From Candidatus Eiseniibacteriota bacterium (GTDB lineage Bacteria; Arandabacterota; Arandabacteria; Arandabacterales; Arandabacteraceae): DNA of 63,311 nt. The stretch covers positions 1-63,311 of the forward strand of contig JBDRNT010000012.1 in the NCBI GenBank assembly GCA_043810925.1, read 5' to 3'. Position 1 is the first letter of the stretch. Each line of letters opens with the position of its first letter. The translations under genes were made by a program, and so were the position numbers. The notes beneath the pieces were generated by a model. It was given only the letters and a program-made list of their open reading frames with translations. It had not been told where the DNA came from and did no database searches. This document shows positions 18,417 through 27,516 of this stretch, piece after piece.

Positions 18417-19312
18417 AAATAGCCGCATCTACGAAGGTCATGATAACAGGGGCAAGCGGCTCGGTGGGTTGGGTACTCTCGAAGGCCTTGGCCGGCAGAT
18501 GTGCGGTCTCCGGGACCTACGCCTCTCACCCTTATGTGCCCGAGGGTGTGACGGGTGTCAAGATTGATCTGCGCGACCAATGGGCAGTGAAAGAGCATCT
18601 TGAGCACCACAGACCCGATGTCATAGTCCATCTTGCCGCGATCACGCAGCCCGACAGGTGTGAAGAGAATCCGCAGCTTGCATTCAGGGTCAACTTCGAG
18701 GCTACGTCCGAGATCGCCCGCGTTGCAGAAGCCATTGGGGCAAGACTTGTGTGTGCATCAAGCGATCTCATCTTCGACGGTGCAAAGGGAGACTACACTG
18801 AAGAGGACGTGCCGCGGCCGCTCAGCATATACGGAATGTCGAAGCTCAGAGCCGAGGAGGCCGCGCTCGAGCTCTCAAGCGGGGCGCTTGTGGTGAGGAG
18901 CTCGCTGATATACGGATTCGGGAGCCCCGTAAGCAAGACCTTCCTGTCGCGGGTGCTCGAGAAGCTTGCGCAAGGGGAGAAGATGCAGCTCTTCACCGAC
19001 CAGATGCGTAACCCCGTACTCATCGACGATCTCGCTGAGGCAGTTATAATCGCGATTGAGAAGGACTTGAGCGGCATATACCACATCGGCGGGCCTGAGG
19101 CCGTCAATCGTCACGAGTTCGGCAGGAAGGTCTGCCGCATCTTCGGATACGATGAGTCGCTGCTTGTTCCCATCAGTATGCGGGATTTCTCCTACGATGC
19201 CAAGCGGCCGCTCGATTCGACGCTGAATACCGAGAAGTATACCGGGGCCACCGGATTTGTCCCCCGCCCCATGGACGCAGGCCTCAAAGAAGCCAAGGAA
19301 TCTACTCGATAG
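18413..19312 (+). CDS. dTDP-4-dehydrorhamnose reductase family (RmlD-like) SDR
   Basis: ITGASGSVG, SSDLIFDG, YGMSK, DQMRNP, GIYHIGG. Confidence 0.88.
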   Translation: MKIAASTKVMITGASGSVGWVLSKALAGRCAVSGTYASHPYVPEGVTGVKIDLRDQWAVKEHLEHHRPDVIVHLAAITQPDRCEENPQLAFRVNFEATSEIARVAEAIGARLVCASSDLIFDGAKGDYTEEDVPRPLSIYGMSKLRAEEAALELSSGALVVRSSLIYGFGSPVSKTFLSRVLEKLAQGEKMQLFTDQMRNPVLIDDLAEAVIIAIEKDLSGIYHIGGPEAVNRHEFGRKVCRIFGYDESLLVPISMRDFSYDAKRPLDSTLNTEKYTGATGFVPRPMDAGLKEAKESTR

Positions 19313-19664
19313 TGATTTCTACGATCTCATTGTCCGCTTCTATATCAACTACCTTGCCTATGTTCTCCGATACGATCTGGGACAGAACGGTATCGACATC
19401 GACACCCTCATCGGCCAGTTTCCGTTTGGTCTTGGGTGGAATGAACTTGGCCGCGATCCTGGCCAGGCCGAGGGGAATCGTGAGGTTGACTTTCTTCTTC
19501 TTTGTTTCGCTATCGGTGACCCTTATCCGCAGTTTCTTAGCACCCGCCGGTCTGTCCGGGTCTGCGGGTGTCTCCTCGAGGGCGTCGAGGAGTCTTGCGG
19601 CATCCTCCGCTGAAACGCTGCCCTGCTCGACCATCTTCAGGATCTGCATTCTCTCTTCGTCCAT
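19302..19664 (-). CDS. SHOCT-like domain protein (DUF2089-associated)
   Basis: EERMQILKMVEQGSVSAEDAARLLDAL, LRIRVTD, KVNLTIPL. Confidence 0.85.
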   Translation of the reverse strand: MDEERMQILKMVEQGSVSAEDAARLLDALEETPADPDRPAGAKKLRIRVTDSETKKKKVNLTIPLGLARIAAKFIPPKTKRKLADEGVDVDTVLSQIVSENIGKVVDIEADNEIVEITIE

Positions 19665-19668
19665 CGGT

Positions 19669-20079
19669 TTAGTCCTCCTTCAGGCCACTTCCCAGTGAAT
19701 CGACTGCGTCATCGACGCTTATCTCGCCTTTCCTCAATTGTTCGAACACTTCCAGCCTGCGGTCTCTTCCATGTGCGGGGCCGGTCTCCATTCCGAGGCT
19801 CCGGAGGAGGTCATCAAGCCGCTTCCTTACGGTGGGATAGGATATCCCGAGCTCCCGCTCGACCTCCTTTATGTTGCCACGGGCCCTTAAGAATGCATGG
19901 AGGAATACCATAAGGTCTGACCTCAGGTTGCAGAACTGGCATGTCCTGAGATCCGACACGATTCTGGTCTTGCAGGAGGGGCATGAGAGTTCGGTGACCC
20001 TGAGGGCGGATTCACATATGGGACACTTACCTATGGTCCCTCGTGGCTTCATTCTGATTTGATCCTCCTGATCAACCAT
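19669..20079 (-). CDS. DUF2089 family protein (Zn ribbon + HTH)
   Basis: CPIC...CPSC...FC, RGNIKEVERELGISYPTVRKRLD, GEISVDDA. Confidence 0.9.
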   Translation of the reverse strand: MVDQEDQIRMKPRGTIGKCPICESALRVTELSCPSCKTRIVSDLRTCQFCNLRSDLMVFLHAFLRARGNIKEVERELGISYPTVRKRLDDLLRSLGMETGPAHGRDRRLEVFEQLRKGEISVDDAVDSLGSGLKED

Positions 20080-20092
20080 ATAAGAGATCAGA

Positions 20093-20147
20093 TTGATATT
20101 GTCAATAGAATACTTAAGATTATTAATCTATGGCTTGATGATATCAA
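20093..20147. promoter_or_regulatory. Three TTRA-N5-TYAA palindromes at 21-bp period (putative DUF2089 operator)
   Basis: TTGAtattgTCAA 20093-20105; TTAAgattaTTAA 20114-20126; TTGAtgataTCAA 20135-20147. Confidence 0.65.
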
Positions 20148-20221
20148 TATATCATGCTTTATTGCTTGACATTCCGCAGATGTGAGAGTAGCATGGTCGA
20201 CATCGGACTGGAGGCAAGTAG

Positions 20222-21349
20222 GTGGGTGACAAGTTTCTCAGGGCCAGGAAGCTCTTCCCGATAGCCGAAAGGCTCGCGTACCTCAACCATGCAGCGGTAT
20301 CCCCACTGTCTGTCAGGGTGCGTGGGGCAATCAGGAAGCAGCTCGATGAGCAGGTCGAGTGGGGGGTCCTGGCGGAGCAACGGTGGGTGAAACGGGCCGA
20401 AGAGGCGAGGAAGCACGCGGCGGGGCTGTTGAAGGCTAAGCCTTCCGAGATCTCATTTGTGACCAATACAAGCCAGGGGCTCAACCTGTTCGCCCGGGGG
20501 ATCACCTGGAAGCGGGGCGACAACGTGGTGCTTCCGCGGGTTGAGTTTCCCGCGAACGTGTACCCGTGGCTGTCACTTGAAGATCAGGGGGTCCGCATCA
20601 AGTTCGTGCCGGAGCGTGAAGGGAGAATCATCGTCGAGGACATAGAACGGGCAATCGACAGGCGGACCAGGGTGGTCGCCGTCAGCTTTGTCGAGTTCTC
20701 AAGCGGTTACCGGAACGATCTTGAGCTCATAGGGAAACTGTGCCGTAAACGAGGGGTATATCTCGTGGTTGATGGCATCCAGGGCGTCGGAGCACTAGAT
20801 CTCGATGTCAGGAAATGCCGGATTGACGCGCTTTCAGCCGGCGGGCACAAGTGGTTGCTCTCCCCGCAGGGGTCCGGGATATTCTACTGCTCATCCCGGG
20901 TGGTGAAGAAGCTCAAGCACCCCATGCCGGGCTGGATGTCGGTCGTCGGCTGGCAGAATTACTATGAATTCGACTACAAGCTCTTCCCCGATAGCCGTCG
21001 CTATGAGTCCGCCCAGCTCAACTTCCTCGGTATCACGGGTCTTCTTGAGTCTCTGAAACTGGTGAACTCACTGGGAATACACGATGTAGAGACAAGGGTA
21101 ATCGCTGTGACCGATCACCTGTGCGATCTTCTTCGAAGCGGAGGATTCAGGATATACAGTCCCAGGGAGTCCGGTGAGAAAAGCGGCATAGTCTCCTTCT
21201 ATCCCCGCAAACACAAGGCCGAGGCCGTACACGGCCGGCTGCTGAAACGCGGATTCGTGACCTCCGCCCGCCAGGGGCGGATAAGAGTCTCTCCGCATCT
21301 TTACAATACCTTTGAAGAGATGGAAAAGCTAGTCAGGGCCCTGCCATAG
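20222..21349 (+). CDS. Aminotransferase class V-fold PLP-dependent enzyme
   Basis: YLNHAAVSP, NTSQG, EFPANVYPW, VDGIQGVG, GGHKWLLSPQG, IRVSPHLYN; sigma70 TTGACA-N17-TAGCAT upstream. Confidence 0.9.
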   Translation: MGDKFLRARKLFPIAERLAYLNHAAVSPLSVRVRGAIRKQLDEQVEWGVLAEQRWVKRAEEARKHAAGLLKAKPSEISFVTNTSQGLNLFARGITWKRGDNVVLPRVEFPANVYPWLSLEDQGVRIKFVPEREGRIIVEDIERAIDRRTRVVAVSFVEFSSGYRNDLELIGKLCRKRGVYLVVDGIQGVGALDLDVRKCRIDALSAGGHKWLLSPQGSGIFYCSSRVVKKLKHPMPGWMSVVGWQNYYEFDYKLFPDSRRYESAQLNFLGITGLLESLKLVNSLGIHDVETRVIAVTDHLCDLLRSGGFRIYSPRESGEKSGIVSFYPRKHKAEAVHGRLLKRGFVTSARQGRIRVSPHLYNTFEEMEKLVRALP

Positions 21350-21368
21350 TGTGTTGCCGGAGCAGTGC

Positions 21369-23204
21369 CTACTGGACATAGCCGAGGGAGCGGAGCTCCA
21401 TCTCGGTCTCATCGTCGAGCTCCATGGTCGTCTCACTCTTAAAGCCGGCCTTGGACAGCCATATGAGAAAATAAGGGGGTTTGGGCCTCGTGTCCGGCTC
21501 GGTCTTACTGTCGCCATCGTCGACGGAATCCCAGTCGGTGAATGGCATGGTAACCGGCCTTGAGAGCGCATTGCCTATGAACGTACGCTGCGTGGCCGGC
21601 TCGCCGTCTATCTTGAGATCGAATTGTATCGGTGCATCCTTGCGTCTTAACTTGATTGCAAGCGTGAGGGGATCCTTTGCCTTGAGATCGCGGATTTCGA
21701 CCGTTGCCTCTCCGATCTCGGCATTGTCGATGTCCTCCGTATTCATGAGAGTCCCGTCGGCTAAGATCACCTTGTGGAGATCCAGGCGGCCGGCCCCGCG
21801 AGCCACATCGCAACTGACAGCAATGTCGAACGAGTGGGTCTCATATCCACCGACCATTTCAACGAACCAGGTATCTGAGATATTGAACACTGTCCTGAAA
21901 AGGGCCGTCTCAAGCAGACTGAGTGACTGGCTTGGCGCGTCCGAGATGTCGTTCCGCTCTCCGGGATCTTCCGCAAGATTGAAGCATGTTCGCTTCGCGG
22001 TAGCCATGTCATAGATAAACTTCCAGGGGTAGGCCGTCACACTCTTCTGCTCGGTCCCATAAAGGATGGCCTCGGCGTAGGCGATCTCAGGCGGAAGGAG
22101 AGCTCCCTTGTTGGCGACTACGCTGCCCTCGCCCGTGAGCAATGGCTTTAGACTCACTCCCTCAAACCGCGGGTCGGGCTCGAGACCCAGGAGATCCAGT
22201 ATCGTGGGTGCGATATCGACAAGCCGCACCTGGCGGCCTATTCTCACACCCTCAGGCAACCTGCCCGGAAGCGAGAATATGAGCGGCACTCTCAGGAGTT
22301 CGTCGTAGAGGCTGTGTCCATGCTCGAAGCCATCGTGTTCATAGAACTCCTCGCCGTGATCACTTAAGAAAACAATCAGGGTGTTCTTAAGCAGGCCCTT
22401 CTCCTCAAGACCTTCAAGAAGGCTTCCGACTGCCTCGTCCGTGAACGCGACCTCCCCATCGTAGAGTGAGCGGATGTGGTCCCAGTCATCCTGGGATACC
22501 GCCTTCATTTCGTCAAACTTGCGTAACCGGATCGCAGGCAGCCGCTTGGGGTCATAGACATTCCGGAGCCGGCCGCTGTAATCGGGATCGAAGATGGTAT
22601 CGTAAGGTGCGGGCGGGGAGTAGGGCAGGTGGGGATCGAAGTAATGGACAAAGAGGAAGAAAGGGGCATTGCCGCGCATGTCGATCCAGTCGAGAGCGTC
22701 CGAAGTCGTACCTTCGGCGTTGCGGCCATCGATAGGCGTCAAGTTGTAGAAATCGAAACCCCTGTTGAGCTTGTACTGGGCCTTGAGATACGGTGCGTTT
22801 ACGACCCCGTAGGTCGCGTAACCGTTGGCTTTGAGCAATTCAGCAAGTGTGGGACATTCGTCTCTTATCGTATTACGGAAGTGCACCGCCCCATGCTGCG
22901 TCGGATAGAGCGATGTGAAAATCGTTGCAAATGACGGAAGCGTCCAGGGTGATGGTGCGACCGTGTTTTCGAAAAGCACTCCCTCAGCGGCCAGCCTACC
23001 GGTATTCGGCATGGTATCATGCCTGTAACCATAGGACGCCATATGGTCGGGCCGGAGCGTGTCAACCCCTATAAGGACAACGTTGAGGGGCCGGTCGGAC
23101 ACTCCACAGGCGACGGCCAGGCAGAACACGAGAGGCAGCAATAACCGCAGAAGGGCCTTCGCCGCGGATTCGTGATGTGATTCTGATCGTCGTTTAGGCT
23201 TCAT
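21369..23204 (-). CDS. Sulfatase-like hydrolase/transferase lipoprotein
   Basis: Lipobox LAVAC; NVVLIGVDTLRPDH, SPWTLPS..TIFTSLYP, HYFDPHLPY, SDHGEEF, LRSLGYV tail. Confidence 0.88.
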   Translation of the reverse strand: MKPKRRSESHHESAAKALLRLLLPLVFCLAVACGVSDRPLNVVLIGVDTLRPDHMASYGYRHDTMPNTGRLAAEGVLFENTVAPSPWTLPSFATIFTSLYPTQHGAVHFRNTIRDECPTLAELLKANGYATYGVVNAPYLKAQYKLNRGFDFYNLTPIDGRNAEGTTSDALDWIDMRGNAPFFLFVHYFDPHLPYSPPAPYDTIFDPDYSGRLRNVYDPKRLPAIRLRKFDEMKAVSQDDWDHIRSLYDGEVAFTDEAVGSLLEGLEEKGLLKNTLIVFLSDHGEEFYEHDGFEHGHSLYDELLRVPLIFSLPGRLPEGVRIGRQVRLVDIAPTILDLLGLEPDPRFEGVSLKPLLTGEGSVVANKGALLPPEIAYAEAILYGTEQKSVTAYPWKFIYDMATAKRTCFNLAEDPGERNDISDAPSQSLSLLETALFRTVFNISDTWFVEMVGGYETHSFDIAVSCDVARGAGRLDLHKVILADGTLMNTEDIDNAEIGEATVEIRDLKAKDPLTLAIKLRRKDAPIQFDLKIDGEPATQRTFIGNALSRPVTMPFTDWDSVDDGDSKTEPDTRPKPPYFLIWLSKAGFKSETTMELDDETEMELRSLGYVQ

Positions 23205-23390
23205 AGGATCCTGACAGCTAAATATATTGGATTCTACCGGTGACATACACAGTTTTTTCGATTGACACCGGGGCCGGACCGGTATAGACTCCTCGGCGGA
23301 CCTCAAGCGAAAGGAGGTGAGGACTTAAGAGAAAGAGGTTCAAAGCAGTGACATAGGATTTCAACCGGCAAAGCTTGTGAAGGGGAGGTT

Positions 23391-24803
23391 GTGGACATGC
23401 GGTGTGCTTTGCTTCTTTGTATGGTATCCTTCCTGGTTTCCTCCTTGGTTTCACCCGGAACTTCAATTGCTTCTTTGCGGCTGAACGAGGTGCTGCCCGG
23501 TCCCGGAAGTGATTGGAATGGTGATCTTGATGCAGATTCAAAGCGGGATGAGTGGGTCGAAATCGTGAATGGCGGTGGTACAACCTACGATCTGACGGAC
23601 TGTCTGCTTCTAAACGGGGATGGCCGGGCCGTAGTGTTTGGGTTCACGGGCAGTCTCGGTCCCGGTGATTTCACCGTCGTTTACGGGAGCGACGCCGTAG
23701 CATGGGAGAGTGACAACGGGCATTCGGCGATAGGCCTGAGCCTGAACAACAGCGGGGACATTGTCTGGCTTGCGGAGGTCTCGGCCGGCGACACCGTCAT
23801 AGTTGACTCCCTTGAGTACTCGTCCTCCGAGGTGGGTTATGATGTCGCGATCGGGAGATCTCCGGATGCAACGGGTGGCTGGACGCTGATCGATCACTTC
23901 ATGCCGATGGGTGGGACCGATTCGGATCCCACACCGGGGGCGCCCAATTCCTCCGATCCTGCGCCTCACATCTTCGGGATCGGAAGGGACCCTCTCTTTC
24001 CCGCGTCGGGTGACAGCACCCACATCATCGTCGAGGCCGGCGACGCCTCGGGCATATCCCGGGTGTTGCTGGCGTATGTCATCAACCTCGAGGATGGTGA
24101 GGAACCGGAGATGGCTCTCGTGTCGGGAAGCGACGATCTTGGAACCTGGAAGTATACGATCCTTCCATGTTGGACCGGGGATACCGTCTACTACCAGGTC
24201 TCGGTTCTCGATCCTGTCTCATCCACGGTCTCACCACGGATGGGGTACCGGGTACGGGATGCGGGATTGCAGGTACGCTTGAATGAGATACTTGCCGATC
24301 CACCTGCCGATCTGGCCGGTGACGTCAACAGGGACGGTGTTCGGGACGCATCTGACGATGAATTCATTGAAATCGTCAACTGCGGCCCGACCGAAATCGA
24401 CATGTCGGGCTGGCAATTGAGTGACGGGACTTCAGTGAGGCACGTGTTTCCGGATACGGGCATGACTGTGCTTCCGGGTGAGTTTGTCACCGTCTTCGGT
24501 GGCGGCACTCCGACCGGATTCGGCGGCAGGGTGTCTACGGCGTCTTCCGGCGGGCTGGGTTTGTCAAACAGCGGAGATGTGGTCTCGCTGCTTGATAGCG
24601 GATCCTCGCTTGTCGACATCCACTCATACGGCAGCGAAGGTGGACATGATGAGTCGATCGTGAGGTTTCCGGATTGTGCGGATGCCTGGATGAGCGCATC
24701 TGATGCGGGGCTTGAGGACGCTTTCAGTCCGCATGAGCCCAACAGCGGAGGTGCGGCGATCACAACGTCAACCTGGGGGACAATCAAGGCTCTCTTCAAA
24801 TAG
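23391..24803 (+). CDS. Secreted protein with two lamin-tail domains and C-terminal TWGTIKALFK motif
   Basis: Signal peptide; duplicated LNE(V/I)L...DE(W/F)(V/I)EIVN...L(N/S)NSGD LTD modules. Confidence 0.85.
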   Translation: MDMRCALLLCMVSFLVSSLVSPGTSIASLRLNEVLPGPGSDWNGDLDADSKRDEWVEIVNGGGTTYDLTDCLLLNGDGRAVVFGFTGSLGPGDFTVVYGSDAVAWESDNGHSAIGLSLNNSGDIVWLAEVSAGDTVIVDSLEYSSSEVGYDVAIGRSPDATGGWTLIDHFMPMGGTDSDPTPGAPNSSDPAPHIFGIGRDPLFPASGDSTHIIVEAGDASGISRVLLAYVINLEDGEEPEMALVSGSDDLGTWKYTILPCWTGDTVYYQVSVLDPVSSTVSPRMGYRVRDAGLQVRLNEILADPPADLAGDVNRDGVRDASDDEFIEIVNCGPTEIDMSGWQLSDGTSVRHVFPDTGMTVLPGEFVTVFGGGTPTGFGGRVSTASSGGLGLSNSGDVVSLLDSGSSLVDIHSYGSEGGHDESIVRFPDCADAWMSASDAGLEDAFSPHEPNSGGAAITTSTWGTIKALFK

Positions 24804-24839
24804 GGGGCCAACGCCGGCACACCTCTTGGTCCGCTTGCC

Positions 24840-24864
24840 GTAGCGTTGGGGTCCCACCCCCGGC
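24840..24864 (+). repeat. GTAG REP-like half element
   Basis: GTAGCGTTGGGGTCCCACCCCGGCG, similar to the reverse complement of 45504-45528. Confidence 0.5.
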
Positions 24865-24993
24865 GAGTTCGCTTGCGGCCCAGGAGGCTGTGCCGGCACC
24901 CTTCCTGAAGCCACCCTCTCCCCAATTTCGCTTGAGTTGCTGCCGCCAGGGCTTATCATGGGTTACAGCAGAGTGATCGGGAGGTGATTATAG

Positions 24994-25488
24994 GTGGATG
25001 CGATTGACGCGTTGAAGGGAAGACGGAGTATAAGGTCGTATGAGGACAAGCCTGTACCCAGGGAGATGCTTGAGGAGATCATCGACACTGCCAGGCTGGC
25101 CCCGACTGCCAACAATTTGCAGCCATGGGAGTTCATTGTCGTCACCGAACATGACATGAGAGCGAAGGTCGCCGACCTGACCGACTATGGCAAGTTCATC
25201 GCTCAGTCGGGTGCCTGCGTGGTGGTGTTCGCCAAGGACGTGAAGCGCTATATTGAAGACGGCTCGGCGGCGACCGAGAACATACTTGTTGCCGCACATG
25301 CGCTGGGACTCGGTGCTTGCTGGGTTGCGGGTTACAAGAAGGTCTACGCCGAACCTGTGCGAGAGCTCCTCGGTGTCCCGGCCGGTTACAAGCTCGTTGC
25401 CCTCGTAGCCGTGGGCTATCCGGCGGAGAAGGCCGAACCTCACGGGAAGCGGCCTCTAACCGAGGTGCTGCACTGGGAGAAATTCTAA
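24994..25488 (+). CDS. Nitroreductase family protein
   Basis: RRSIRSY, APTANNLQPWEF, ALGLGACWV, VGYP. Confidence 0.93.
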   Translation: MDAIDALKGRRSIRSYEDKPVPREMLEEIIDTARLAPTANNLQPWEFIVVTEHDMRAKVADLTDYGKFIAQSGACVVVFAKDVKRYIEDGSAATENILVAAHALGLGACWVAGYKKVYAEPVRELLGVPAGYKLVALVAVGYPAEKAEPHGKRPLTEVLHWEKF

Positions 25489-25494
25489 AAGGGG

Positions 25495-25806
25495 GTGTTC
25501 AGCGTGGCTGTGGTTGGAATCAGCGTGGTGCCTGTCGGAACGGGCAGTCCAAGCATAAGTGATTATGTGGCGCGTGCCGTCGGTATTGCGAAGAAAAGTG
25601 GACTCAAGTTTGAACTGTCCTCGATGGGAACCTGTCTCGAAGGAGATCTCGCCAGCATCTTTGATGTCGTAAAGCAGATGCACGAGAGCTGTTTCGAAAA
25701 GGGTGCGGTAAGGGTGCTCACATCAATCACTATCGATGACAGGAAAGATAAGACCCTGTCGATCGACGGCAAGAAGGCCGCAGTCAAGGCAAAGGTTCAG
25801 ATTTAG
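25495..25806 (+). CDS. MTH1187/DUF77 thiamine-binding family protein
   Basis: ISVVPVGTGSPSISDYV, MGTCLEG, RVLTSITIDDRKDK. Confidence 0.92.
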   Translation: MFSVAVVGISVVPVGTGSPSISDYVARAVGIAKKSGLKFELSSMGTCLEGDLASIFDVVKQMHESCFEKGAVRVLTSITIDDRKDKTLSIDGKKAAVKAKVQI

Positions 25807-25818
25807 CCTTCAGCCCGG

Positions 25819-26286
25819 CTAAAAAGCCTCGCCGCTTACCGGTCCCGGGTTCTGAGACCTGGCGCCTTCGGGTCTGACTGCCCGGGATATACCACCTTTG
25901 AAGGTTCCCGGGGCAAACTGCCGCTCTTCTATGAGCTGCCCATCCTTAAATCCGAAGCGCCGGCCCTGGTCTACGTAGGTCCACCGCTCCACCAGCCTAC
26001 CCATAACCTCTTCCCTGTATCTTGAGGACGGATAGCCGTATTCGTCGTAAACATCTCTCATATCATCCGTGAGATGGGCCGCCCACCACTTTATCCTGAA
26101 CTGCCGCCGCTCCAGTTCACTCGCGACTACCTTGCGCTGCGAGAGGAGATCCTTGTCCTCTTGAGCCCTTATTTCCGCGGCCTCGGGCGACTCCGCCGAG
26201 CCTGCTTCCTCAGCAAGAATGTAGCTGGAAGCTGCCGGTCCAAGGACTACTGCGAGTACTAGAACACATCCGAAGATCGTCTTCAT
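25819..26286 (-). CDS. Hypothetical secreted protein
   Basis: Signal-peptide-like start MKTIFGCVLVLAVV; GGAGGG RBS; YGYP...ERWTY motif. Confidence 0.6.
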   Translation of the reverse strand: MKTIFGCVLVLAVVLGPAASSYILAEEAGSAESPEAAEIRAQEDKDLLSQRKVVASELERRQFRIKWWAAHLTDDMRDVYDEYGYPSSRYREEVMGRLVERWTYVDQGRRFGFKDGQLIEERQFAPGTFKGGISRAVRPEGARSQNPGPVSGEAF

Positions 26287-26444
26287 GTCTGGTCCCCTCC
26301 CATAATACATACTAACACGAATATGACCTAAATTCAACGTTATAGTTCATGGCTCCATGCATTTTGCAGCCTGCACTCGCGTATTGCAACGCCATCGCCG
26401 GCCCGGCACGAGCCCCCTCAAACCGTGTTCTTAGCTTCTTATCG

Positions 26445-26504
26445 GCCAATGGGTTACAACGCCTTAATAAGTAAGTTTCCGGCTTTGTTGGCACACCACG
26501 TGCA
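26445..26504 (+). promoter_or_regulatory. sigma54 promoter of the minor pilin operon with IHF-like site
   Basis: TGGCAC-ACCAC-GTGCA at 26489-26504 (GG-N10-GC); CCAATGGGTTA upstream. Confidence 0.7.
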
Positions 26505-26562
26505 CGTACCTGGACATGACAGCCAATGTCATGACGGAATCAGTATAACTGGGAGATGGCAG

Positions 26563-27072
26563 ATGAAATCACTCGGACGATCCTGCACCATGACCGGAGA
26601 GACCGGCTTTTCACTTATCGAGCTGCTCGTAGTCGTCGCCATCATGACGGGCCTGCTGGCAGCTTCCATTCCATCGCTACGGAGCCACACCGAATCGATC
26701 AACCTCATAAAGGCTTCTCAGTCCGTGGCAGGAACAATGAAACTTGCTCGCCAGCGAGCAGTTACGACCCTGAACGACGTGGTCGTGATCTTCGATACCT
26801 CTGCCGGTACTTACTACGTGTTTGAAGATGTCGACAAGGATGGGGTCTACGATACGGGAGAGACCAGATCCGGCACTTACAAGATACCCAATAGAGTGGG
26901 GATCGAAGACGTAAGCTTCACGAACGACAAAGTGACCTTTAATGCGCGCGGTGCCGCAAGTGAGACGGGTGCGGTGATTCTTCTGAATACCCGGGACCGG
27001 GCCAAGAGGATAGACCTGACAGCAGCGACGGGGCTCGTCTATGTGTCGGATGTCTATGCATACGGGATCTAA
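26563..27072 (+). CDS. fimT: GspH/FimT family minor pilin
   Basis: Prepilin site G|FSLIELLVVVAIM; LARQRAV; VTFNARG. Confidence 0.85.
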   Translation: MKSLGRSCTMTGETGFSLIELLVVVAIMTGLLAASIPSLRSHTESINLIKASQSVAGTMKLARQRAVTTLNDVVVIFDTSAGTYYVFEDVDKDGVYDTGETRSGTYKIPNRVGIEDVSFTNDKVTFNARGAASETGAVILLNTRDRAKRIDLTAATGLVYVSDVYAYGI

Positions 27073-27095
27073 ACCTGTGACCAGGGGAGACTGCA

Positions 27096-27494
27096 ATGAA
27101 TAGAGGATCGATGGGCATATTCGGTAATGAGAAGGCGATGACCATGATTGAGATCATGGTGGTCTGCGTGATCATGGGTATTACTTTTCTGGGTGTCGCC
27201 GGGCTCTTCCCGCTCAGCACGAGAAACCTCAGCGAGAGCAGGGTAAGAACGGTCGCGACCGATCTTGCTCAGCAGAAGATGGAAGCACTGCTGACTCTCA
27301 AGGTAAATGATACCGATCTTAACGCCGGGTCACACACGGATCCGGATAATCCGGTGAGAACGTCGATGGACAGATACTGGACAATTACGGACAACACTCC
27401 TTTAGCAGGCATGAAGAAAATAGAGGTCCGGGTCACCTATCCGCACGGGACAACAACGCGCGATGTAATCATGGTGACCTACAAACAGAGCTAA
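27096..27494 (+). CDS. pilV: PilV-like minor pilin
   Basis: A|MTMIEIMVV prepilin-like site; ATDLAQQKME; KKIEVRVTY. Confidence 0.8.
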   Translation: MNRGSMGIFGNEKAMTMIEIMVVCVIMGITFLGVAGLFPLSTRNLSESRVRTVATDLAQQKMEALLTLKVNDTDLNAGSHTDPDNPVRTSMDRYWTITDNTPLAGMKKIEVRVTYPHGTTTRDVIMVTYKQS

Positions 27495-27516
27495 TCGCAG
27501 CAATGTGAGGTGAGTT

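Noticed and set aside
20222-21349. Calling the class V PLP enzyme a cysteine desulfurase (sufS/iscS)
   Set aside because: The C-terminal catalytic Cys motif (RxGxHC or SSGSAC) is absent.
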